Positions 16,511 through 24,694 of a stretch of DNA of 64,000 nt are shown here, in pieces. Positions within the stretch are counted from its first letter, which is position 1; each line of letters begins with the position of its first letter. The position numbers were made by a program, and so were the translations under genes. Origin of the DNA: Deltaproteobacteria bacterium (lineage in GTDB: Bacteria; Myxococcota_A; UBA9160; UBA6930); contig JAFDCZ010000001.1 of assembly GCA_019312665.1 (NCBI GenBank), positions 40,098-104,097 of the forward strand, given 5' to 3'. The notes under the pieces are model-generated. The model was given only the letters and a program-made list of their open reading frames with translations, had not been told where the DNA came from and searched no databases.

Positions 16511-18943
16511 ATGAGCCGGGGGGCTCTCGAAGGGATCAAGGTCGTCGAACTGGGCCAGCGTGTGGCGGCACCCTATTGCGCAAAGCTCTTCGCCGACTAC
16601 GGAGCCGACGTCGTCAAGGTGGAGCCTCCCGCGGGCGACGCCACCCGGCGTTGGGGTCCCTTCCCGAACGACGTGCCACACCCCGAGAAGAGCGGCCTCT
16701 ACCACTTCCTCAATACCAACAAGCGCAGCGTCACCCTCGACGTCGGCTCATTCGACGAACGCGACCTGCTGCGCCAGCTCATGGCGGGGGCCGACGTCCT
16801 GATCGAGGACAACCCACCCGAGCGGATGCAGGAGTGGGGTCTCGATTTCGACACGCTCTCGGCCCTGAACCCGAATCTGGTGATGATCTCGATCACGCCC
16901 TTCGGCCAGACCGGTCCCTACGCCGGGTGGAAGGGCTACGACCTGAACGCCTTCCACCTCACCGGGGCCGGCAGCCGCTACTGCGGAACGCCGGGGAACG
17001 CACCTCTCGAGCACGGAACCTTCGCCGCGGAGTTCTTTGGTGCAGCCGCGGCCTCGGCATGGGGGCTGGCGGCGTTCTACGGCCGAGAGCAGGCGGGGGG
17101 CGGGCAGCAACTCGATGTGTCCTGTGCCGAGGCGATCACCGCGACCTTCGTCGGCGGCCAGAACATCGGTGCCTATGCCCAGGACGGGGTGTTCGGCCAC
17201 CGTACTGGCGTAGGAATGCCCCTGGGTGCGCCCGCCACCATCGTCCCGTGCAAGGACGGCCACGTCTGGATGCTGGCGCTGGAGCCGGGCCAGTGGAACG
17301 GACTGGCGCGCGTGATGGGGAATCCCGACTGGATGCAACTCGAGATGTTCCAGGACATGGCCACGCGTGCCCAGAACGCCGATGCGATCTACCCGCTGAT
17401 CGAAGAGTGGACCGGCGAACGCGGCAAGCAGGAGATCATGGACCAATGTCAGGAGGCCGGCTGCCCGATCACGGCGGTCTTCGACGTCGCGGAAGCCGTG
17501 CAGCATCCACACCTCACCGAGCGGGGCTATCTCGTCGATCTCGAGCACGCCGAACTGGGCCGGATCCGGAGCCTGGGCGCTCCCTTCAAACTGCCTGACT
17601 GCCCCGGCGGACCCGAGCGAGCCGCGCCCCTGCTGGGCCAGCACAACAGCGAAGTGCTAGCCAACCTGGCTTCGGGAACCGTCGCGAAACCCGCGGCCTG
17701 CGCCCGGCCAGCTACGGCGGGCGCAGGTGGCGCGCTACCCCTCGACGGAATCCGCGTTGCGAACTTCGGCTGGGTGTGGGCGGGCCCGGTGACCGGCCAG
17801 ACCCTGGGATTCCTGGGCGCCGAGGTCTACAAGATCGAGTCCCGCAGTCGGGTGGACCTGCTCCGGACCTTGCCTCCCTTCGCCGGAGGTATTCGCGATC
17901 CGGATCGGAGCCTCTCGAACCACGCCTGCTGGGCGGGCAACGGAAGTGTGACCCTCGACCTCAAACGCGAGGAGGCCCGAGATCTCGCTCGCCAGCTGGT
18001 CGCGAAGTCGGACGTAGTGATCGAGAACTTCGGACCTTGCGTGATTGATCGGCTCGGACTCGGCTACGACGACCTTCGCAAGGTCAAACCCGATCTCGTC
18101 ATGTTCTCGATGCCAGCAGCGGGCTTGTTCGGCCCGCTCAAGGACATCCGAACCTACGGACTCAGTCTGACCAGCACAACAGGCCTCGACAGCCTGACCG
18201 GCTACTTCGGTGGTCCGCCGGTGCCGGTAGAGAACGCCTTCTCGGACCCGTACAACGGCATCCTGGGCGCCTTCGCCGTCCTCACCGCGCTGCGGCATCG
18301 CGACCGGACCGGGCGAGGCCAGCACGTCGACTATTCCCAGCAGGAAGCCGTGATGCAGATGGTCGGGCCGGCCTTCATGGACTACGAAATGAATGGACGG
18401 GTCGCAACGACGTTAGGCAACCGGCATCCCCTCGGCGCGGCTTCACCTCATGGCGTGTTCCCCTGCGCGGGCGAGGATCGCTGGATCAGCATCGCCGTGC
18501 ACGAGGATGACGAGTGGCGCAACCTCGTCCGCGCCATGGACCATCCCGAATGGGCCACCTCTCCCGAGCTGGCCGGCGGCGCGGGAAGGCTCGAGCGACT
18601 GGAAGCGATTCACGAGAATCTGGCCGCGTGGACCCGTGCCTTCGACGATCGCGAGCTGGCGGAGCGGCTCCAGCGAGAAGGCGTCCCCGCCGCGCCCGTT
18701 CTGAACGTTGCCGACCTCCTCGAAGACCCCCACTATCGCGCGCGCGGCACCTTCCTGTCGGTCCGACACCCACTCGGCTTCGACGAAACGATCTATGGCG
18801 GTTACGTGAAGATGAGTCGTACCCCGGCACGTGTGGAGCCCGGCCCCGTCATGGGAAGAGACAACGACTTCGTCTTCAAGCAGCTCCTCGGCCTCCCCGA
18901 GGAGCGCTATCGCGAGTTCGTCGAGGAGCAGATCATCTACTGA
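16511..18943 (+). CDS. Fusion of two family III CoA-transferase modules in one 810-aa polypeptide
   Basis: N-module: [42 protein letters not shown] and [14 protein letters not shown]. Ala/Gly/Pro linker near 17665-17745. C-module: [37 protein letters not shown] and [13 protein letters not shown]. The modules mirror genes 5836-7059 and 4571-5836 respectively. Confidence 0.9.
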   Translation: [810 protein letters not shown]

Positions 18944-18998
18944 GCCGCGCTGCGTCTCATGAAGGTCGTCCAAACAGGTTCCGCAGAGGAGAGAGTCC

Positions 18999-20537
18999 AT
19001 GGCCATCGTCACCCCCCTGGAGTCGGCACCGGGGGCACGCCGGCGGCTCGCCCTCGCCAATCCCGCAACTCTCGAACCCATCGGCGAGATCGAGGTCCAG
19101 GCCGCCGACGACGTGCGGGCCGCTGTGATGAAGGCCCGCGAGACGCAGCCGGAGTGGGCCGCGAGTTCCTTCGACATGCGCGCCACCGTCATTCGCCGTG
19201 CGCTCCGCATCCTGCTGGACCGGCAGGATGAATTCATCGACCTCATCCTGAGCGAAACCGGCAAGGCGCGCAGCGAGGCGCTCCAGATGGAGATCTACGC
19301 GGCCTGCGACTCCCTCAACTACTATGCAAGACGAGCGGGGAAGATCCTCAAGCCCAGGAGGGAACGCCTGCACGGAATGTTCTCACTCCTCAAACAGCTG
19401 CACGTGGTCTACCGCCCGCTCGGCGTAGTAGGTGTGATCAGTCCCTGGAACGGTCCCTTCATCCTGGCGATCAATCCCTGCATTCAGGCCCTCATGGCGG
19501 GGAACGCCGTGATCCTGAAGCCCTCGGAGGTGACCCCCTTCTCGGGAAAACTCGTGGGGGATCTCTTCGACGCGGCGGAGCTGCCCGCGGGGCTCCTTCA
19601 GGTGATGCTCGGCGACGGAGAAACCGGCGCCGAGCTCACCCGAGCGGGCGTCGACAAGATCTCCTTCACCGGCAGCGTCGCCACCGGACGCGAGGTGGCC
19701 GTGGCCTGCGCGGAGCAGCTGATCCCCTGCACGCTCGAGCTCGGAGGGAAGGACGCGATGATCGTCTGCGGAGATGCCGATCTCGACAATGCGGCTGGTG
19801 GTGCCGTCGCGGGCGCATTCATGAACACCGGGCAGTATTGCTGCGGCACCGAGCGCGTCTACGTGGTGAATTCGGTGGCCGACGAATTCACGCGAAGGGT
19901 CGTCGAGCGGACCCAGCGGCTGCGGCAAGGGGCCGGCGGCGAATTCGACGTCGGCGCCGTCTTCTGGCCGCGCCAGCTCGAGATCATCCAGGAGCATGTC
20001 GCCGACGCCATCGAGAAGGGCGCCAAGATCCTTTGCGGCGGTCGCCGAACCCCTTCGCTACCCGGCCTCTTCTACGAGCCCACAGTGCTCATCGACGTCC
20101 ACCACGATATGCAGATCATGAGCGACGAGACCTTCGGCCCCATCCTTCCCATCATGCGGGTGGACGACGAAGAGACGGCGATCCGCATGGCCAACGACAG
20201 CGACTACGGCCTCGGCGCAAACGTGTGGACGACCAATCGGGAAAAGGGAATCGCCATGGCCCGTCGCCTCGAGTCCGGCAGCGTGTGCGTGAACGACATG
20301 ACCATGACCTACGGCTTGCAGGAAGCCCCTTTCGGTGGCGTCAAGCAGAGCGGGATCGGACAGGTCAATGGGGAGACCGGCCTCAAGGGCTACTGCCATG
20401 CCACGCCCATCCTCGTCGATCGCTTCGGAGGCAGGCAAACCGCCAGCAGGTATCCCTACACCCACGAGAAGGACGAGGGCATCAGGAGGTTCATGCGCCT
20501 GCAGTGGGGTACCGCCCTCGGCCGGCGGCTGAGCTGA
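18999..20537 (+). CDS. NAD(P)-dependent aldehyde dehydrogenase
   Basis: 512 aa. FTGSVATGREV, CTLELGGKDAMIV (catalytic Glu) and FMNTGQYCCGTERVYV (catalytic Cys). Confidence 0.9.
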   Translation: MAIVTPLESAPGARRRLALANPATLEPIGEIEVQAADDVRAAVMKARETQPEWAASSFDMRATVIRRALRILLDRQDEFIDLILSETGKARSEALQMEIYAACDSLNYYARRAGKILKPRRERLHGMFSLLKQLHVVYRPLGVVGVISPWNGPFILAINPCIQALMAGNAVILKPSEVTPFSGKLVGDLFDAAELPAGLLQVMLGDGETGAELTRAGVDKISFTGSVATGREVAVACAEQLIPCTLELGGKDAMIVCGDADLDNAAGGAVAGAFMNTGQYCCGTERVYVVNSVADEFTRRVVERTQRLRQGAGGEFDVGAVFWPRQLEIIQEHVADAIEKGAKILCGGRRTPSLPGLFYEPTVLIDVHHDMQIMSDETFGPILPIMRVDDEETAIRMANDSDYGLGANVWTTNREKGIAMARRLESGSVCVNDMTMTYGLQEAPFGGVKQSGIGQVNGETGLKGYCHATPILVDRFGGRQTASRYPYTHEKDEGIRRFMRLQWGTALGRRLS

Positions 20538-20620
20538 GCATCGCGACTCGAAGGTGGCGAGATCCCATCTAGACCGCGGAGCGGACAAGGACCCGGTCTC
20601 GCCGACCTGACCGCCTGCTT

Positions 20621-22156
20621 CTAGCTCGGGAGCGGCCTTCCCAGGAAGTCGCCTACCACGCCCGCCGCGATGTAGCCCGGTCCGCCCAGGATCATTCCAC
20701 CCGGGTACATGGACGCGCCGCCCACGAAGAGCCCCGGGATGGGTGTCTCACTGCGGGAGCAGAGATCATTAGGTCGCAGATAGCCCATCTGCAGCGTCGA
20801 ATAGGAGCCGTGCTTGATGGAGCCGCGCTTCATGGTGGTCAGCTTGGCCTCGATTTCCAGGGGCGTCACGTGACGGCGGAAGACCACATCACCGAGTTCA
20901 GCGTATTCCTCGATCAGACCCATACAGCCGTCACCGAAGGCCTTGCCTTCCGTCGCCCAACTGGAGTCGTACCTCACCACCGCCTCCGCACGCAGGAGTT
21001 GGTGGCCGGGCGGAGCCATGGTCCCATCGAAACGGCTCAGATTGGTGACGTGCAGCCACTCCGACCGGCCCGTCTCACCGGCATCGATGCGCTCGAGATG
21101 GTCCAGCAGTTCGTCGTCCGTTTCGAGTCCGCAGAACACGATCATCGCATCGCCAACTCGGGGGTCCTCCGCCTTCCACACCACACCGCCGTGGAGCCCG
21201 AGGTGCAGGCCGAACATCGAGCGCTCTTCCCACTCCCACGAATCCACGGCGAGTCGCAGGTTCTCCGGCAGGTCAGTCGACGCCACCAGTTGCAGGAAGG
21301 TCTGCTCTGGGTTGAGGGTGGAAATGATGGCCGGGGCCTCGAGACGGCGCCCGCCTTCGATCTCGACGGCCACTGCGGATCCGTCCTCGACCACGATGCG
21401 CTGAGCCTCACAGGACTCGAGGACAGTTCCCCCGTTGCCGACGAACGAGCGGTAGATGGCCGAGGAGAGCCGGTGGGAGCCCCCTTTCACGAGTCCGGCG
21501 CTCAACATGCGGCACAGATAGAGCGGGAACAGGAACCCCAGCGGGTCGTCGAGATGGAGACCCCACATGGCCGGGAACGAAAGCAGCGCCATGCGGACCC
21601 GTGGATCCCGGAAACCGTACTCGTCGATCAGCTCGACGAAAGTGGATTCGGAAATCTCGGCCAGACGTCGGCCTGAGGGGGTCTTCTCGAACTCCTCCAT
21701 CTGGTCCAATGCCGCCTCCGGAAGCTCATACGTCATCGGGATCAGGTAGTCGTCGAGCATGGGTTGGAAGTCGGCCCACATCCGGGAGAAAGCCTCAGCG
21801 TCATCCGAAGAGAACACCTCGATGGAACGAAGGGTCTCGTCGAGATCTCGCGTGAAGACCAGCGAACTGCCGTCGCGGAAGGGAAAGGCCGCGACCACGT
21901 GCGGGTAGAGGTAGCGAACGCCCAGGTTCGCCAGATCCAGGTCCCGATGTGCGGGCATGAGCTCGCCCATCATGTGGTAGACCGCGTGCAGGTTGAGGCG
22001 CCAGCCGTAGTACTCCTCGGTGTTGAGCCCGCCGCCGGTCTCGTGGCGCCGCTCGACCAGCGCCACACGGTGGCCCGCCTTGGCCAGGTAGGCGCCGCAC
22101 AACAGGCCGTTGGGGCCCGCTCCGATCACGATCGCGTCGTAGTTCTCGGAGCTCAT
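20621..22156 (-). CDS. Phytoene-desaturase (CrtI)-family FAD-dependent oxidoreductase, second of a tandem pair
   Basis: The 684-aa track ORF was trimmed to ATG 22156, which overlaps the upstream stop as ATGA. MSSENYDAIVIGAGPNGLLCGAYLAKAGHRVALVERRHETGGG. C-terminal PIPGLFVGGASMYPGGMILGGPGYIAA. Confidence 0.85.
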   Translation of the reverse strand: MSSENYDAIVIGAGPNGLLCGAYLAKAGHRVALVERRHETGGGLNTEEYYGWRLNLHAVYHMMGELMPAHRDLDLANLGVRYLYPHVVAAFPFRDGSSLVFTRDLDETLRSIEVFSSDDAEAFSRMWADFQPMLDDYLIPMTYELPEAALDQMEEFEKTPSGRRLAEISESTFVELIDEYGFRDPRVRMALLSFPAMWGLHLDDPLGFLFPLYLCRMLSAGLVKGGSHRLSSAIYRSFVGNGGTVLESCEAQRIVVEDGSAVAVEIEGGRRLEAPAIISTLNPEQTFLQLVASTDLPENLRLAVDSWEWEERSMFGLHLGLHGGVVWKAEDPRVGDAMIVFCGLETDDELLDHLERIDAGETGRSEWLHVTNLSRFDGTMAPPGHQLLRAEAVVRYDSSWATEGKAFGDGCMGLIEEYAELGDVVFRRHVTPLEIEAKLTTMKRGSIKHGSYSTLQMGYLRPNDLCSRSETPIPGLFVGGASMYPGGMILGGPGYIAAGVVGDFLGRPLPS

Positions 22157-23913
22157 TGCCCCGCCCCCGCAGCGGCCTTCCACTTGTCGTCCACCCCGAG
22201 GTTCAACGGAATGCGACCGACGTTCGCGAAGAACCACTCGTACGGATTCGATCTCCACCACTCCACATCGCGGCAGCCAAGGTCCTCGGCCACCTCGCAG
22301 GCAGCCAGATAGCCGGTGGCCAGATGCGTTGCGCCATAAGGATGGATCGAGTTGGAGAGATAGAGCCCGGGGACGAAGCTCCGCGACGCGCCGTTCTGGA
22401 CCACGCCCGGAAGCGGCCGGTTCTGCCCGTACTGCTCGGGAATGGCGCTGCCACCGATCATGTTCCCACGGATCGCCGAGGGATTGCTCAGCTCCTGGTC
22501 CATCGGGGTGTTGACGTGGCGCTCCAGGACCAACTCCTTGAAGCCGGGTGCGTATTCTTCGTAGCGGTCCGTCATCGCGTCGGCGATCGCCTCGCCCAGG
22601 CCATCGCGCCACGCGTTCCAACCATTCAGACGCTTGGCACCCCAACGCCGCGGGCGCGGAGGCACGCTCATCCATGTCATGATCGTGTGGCAGCCCGCCG
22701 GTGCCTGGGAGGGGTCCGCCCGGGTGGTGTTGAACCAGCCGCCCATGATGCGCTCCGGGATCACGCCGGACATCAAGGCCCCCTGCCCGTCCCGGATCTC
22801 ATCCAGGGTCTCGCCGCCGAAGTAGCCGACCCAAGAGCGCTGGATCGCCGGATCGTAGGCCGCCGATGCGAACTCGGGGTCACCATTCAGCGCGTAGCAG
22901 ATACCCAGGAGCTGCGGATCGTCGTAGTTGAAGAACTTGATGCGCCGCGCCCAATCGGAACCGATGACATCCTCGCCTAGCAACCACAAGAAAGTGGGCA
23001 CCAGGGTCAGGTTCGAAAGTACGATCCTGGACCGCACCTCCTCGCCGGGCATCAGGGCGTCCGGGGAGAGGCGGATCCCACAGGCCCGGCCGTCCTCCAT
23101 CAGGATCTTGTCTACCGGGCTGGTCGTCCAGATCTCGCCGCCGTGAGCGACGAGACACTTCACCAAGGCGTGGGTCAACGAATGCGAACCACCCTTCGCG
23201 GTATGCACCGCCATGGGCATCATCCCGGTCAGCGCAAGAACCTGGGGCCCGACTCGGCGGTTCAGCGGCCACTGCCCCGTGAACTCGCCCAACGCACCCG
23301 GAACCGTGCGAACAGCCTCGGACTCGAACAGAACCTCGAGGAGTTCGAAACCGGTCATGCGACTCACGTCGTCGCCGGAGAGCGGAACGTCCAGGGATCG
23401 CAGCAACCCGTCGTTGAAGGCTGCCATGCGATCGACGAATTCCGAGGTGGGCGCCGCGAAAATCGCCTGCTGGTTGAGGGTCAGAGCCTCGCCACCGTTC
23501 TCCATGGAGTAGGCGCGGATCTTGGCCAGCGTGGCCGCGTCGCGTTCGGAGTGTCGAGCCACGCTGTCCTGGGTAAGTGTGGGTTCCAAGCCCTGCACCG
23601 TGTTCGTCCCATCCAGGAACGGCTTGGCGAACAAAATGTCGGTTCCGCGCAGGTCGAGGCCGAAACGCTCGAGTTCGAGGTCGGCCATGGCCGGGCTCAT
23701 GGCCGGCACCAACCAGGCGGCGTGGGTGTTGTGCAGGAAACCGGGTTGTCCCAGCTCGATGGTGTCGCAGTGGGCGCCGCATTGGCCGCGAGCCTCGAAG
23801 ACACCCACAGAGAGGCCCGCTTTGGCCAGGTAGGCAGCACTGGTGAGGCCGTTGATCCCGCCTCCGATCACGACAACGTCGTAGTCCTTCACTTCTTTCC
23901 CCCAGGGGCACAC
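22153..23913 (-). CDS. Phytoene-desaturase (CrtI)-family FAD-dependent oxidoreductase, first of a tandem pair
   Basis: 586 aa, GTG start at 23913. KDYDVVVIGGGINGLTSAAYLAKAGLSVGVFEARGQCGAHC. C-terminal FVPGLYLSNSIHPYGATHLATGYLAA. Confidence 0.85.
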   Translation of the reverse strand: MCPWGKEVKDYDVVVIGGGINGLTSAAYLAKAGLSVGVFEARGQCGAHCDTIELGQPGFLHNTHAAWLVPAMSPAMADLELERFGLDLRGTDILFAKPFLDGTNTVQGLEPTLTQDSVARHSERDAATLAKIRAYSMENGGEALTLNQQAIFAAPTSEFVDRMAAFNDGLLRSLDVPLSGDDVSRMTGFELLEVLFESEAVRTVPGALGEFTGQWPLNRRVGPQVLALTGMMPMAVHTAKGGSHSLTHALVKCLVAHGGEIWTTSPVDKILMEDGRACGIRLSPDALMPGEEVRSRIVLSNLTLVPTFLWLLGEDVIGSDWARRIKFFNYDDPQLLGICYALNGDPEFASAAYDPAIQRSWVGYFGGETLDEIRDGQGALMSGVIPERIMGGWFNTTRADPSQAPAGCHTIMTWMSVPPRPRRWGAKRLNGWNAWRDGLGEAIADAMTDRYEEYAPGFKELVLERHVNTPMDQELSNPSAIRGNMIGGSAIPEQYGQNRPLPGVVQNGASRSFVPGLYLSNSIHPYGATHLATGYLAACEVAEDLGCRDVEWWRSNPYEWFFANVGRIPLNLGVDDKWKAAAGAGQ

Positions 23914-23971
23914 TATTTGTAGTACTCACGAACGTTTGTTTATCTTAGTAGTCGTTCGTTATACTTGCTAC
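23914..23971. promoter_or_regulatory. AT-rich promoter/operator candidate between the divergent CrtI-pair operon and the hypothetical/alpha-3 operon
   Basis: Local G+C falls far below the window average. ACGAACG (23928-23934) and CGTTCGT (23953-23959) form a perfect 7-bp inverted repeat with an 18-nt AT-rich spacer. TATAAC reads on the minus strand at 23963-23958. Confidence 0.3.
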
Positions 23972-24048
23972 CAGATTCCCGACAGGGTCGTTGGCGGAAG
24001 CCGGATTGCGCCAGCGCTCGAAGGGATTTGCACGAAGGATGGCTGGTC

Positions 24049-24495
24049 ATGAGGCTGCGTTCTCGAGGTCTCGGCCGCAAAGAGTTGGTGCTGGATTTCC
24101 GCGAGTACGAGGTGGTGCGCGCGGGCGACGAACTCGTCGTCGTCGGCACCATCCGTGATCCGGTCAACTGGGATTTCACCATCCGCATCTGCGAGGACGA
24201 CGTTCCCGGCATGACCTGGCTGGTACTCCGCCGTGCCATGGTCGGGCTCCTGTTGCGTGCGTTCTTCAGGCGCCGCAAGCGCCATCACTGGGGAGATGAG
24301 CGCGACGAACATGTGGCCGAAGGCAAGAGGCGCCGCCAGCTAGCCGGGGAGAATGCCGACGAACGGGCTCGGATCAGCCTCGAGCCGGTCGCGACGCGCC
24401 GGAAGGCAGCGGCGTTGCGGAGGACGGCTCCGAAGACGAGCGAGCCCGCGCGGCTGTCTCCCGCCAAAGAGACCTCCGCAGCGGATGCCGGGTAG
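24049..24495 (+). CDS. Hypothetical protein: small globular N-domain, one hydrophobic segment, long basic/charged tail
   Basis: ATG 24049 behind GAAGGA, with high G/C at codon position 3 throughout. KELVLDFREYEVVRAGDELVVVGTIRDPVNWDFTIRICEDDVPGMTWLVLRRAMVGLLLRAFF, then an Arg/Lys/Glu-rich tail. No family recognised. Confidence 0.5.
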   Translation: MRLRSRGLGRKELVLDFREYEVVRAGDELVVVGTIRDPVNWDFTIRICEDDVPGMTWLVLRRAMVGLLLRAFFRRRKRHHWGDERDEHVAEGKRRRQLAGENADERARISLEPVATRRKAAALRRTAPKTSEPARLSPAKETSAADAG

Positions 24496-24550
24496 CACGC
24501 TCTCGCCCGAGGCCGCTCGAGGCTACGGCGATGCGAAGAAGGAAGCGAGG

Positions 24551-24694
24551 ATGAACGGCGAAGAGGAACGCGACGTGCTGGCCCGCGAGTTCGATCGCCA
24601 GCGTGCCGTAGAGGGCGACATCCTGGAGGCGATCGCAACCGACAACGAGAAACACCCGTGTCTGCTGGCGATGGTGGAGAAGCCGATCCCGTGA
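24551..24694 (+). CDS. Hypothetical 47-aa protein translationally coupled to alpha subunit 3 (alternative start 24485 gives 69 aa)
   Basis: Strong GAAGGAAGCGAGG lies directly before ATG 24551. High G/C at codon position 3. MNGEEERDVLAREFDRQRAVEGDILEAIATDNEKHPCLLAMVEKPIP. Its TGA (24692-24694) overlaps the GTG 24691 that starts the Tat signal of the alpha gene (GTGA). Confidence 0.35.
   Translation: MNGEEERDVLAREFDRQRAVEGDILEAIATDNEKHPCLLAMVEKPIP

Noticed and set aside
20556-20603. Possible bidirectional terminator hairpin (GGCGAGA ... TCTCGCC) between the convergent ALDH and CrtI-like genes.
   Set aside because: The stem is only 7 bp, the loop is about 34 nt and there is no U-tract on either strand. 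This is too weak to call a terminator.
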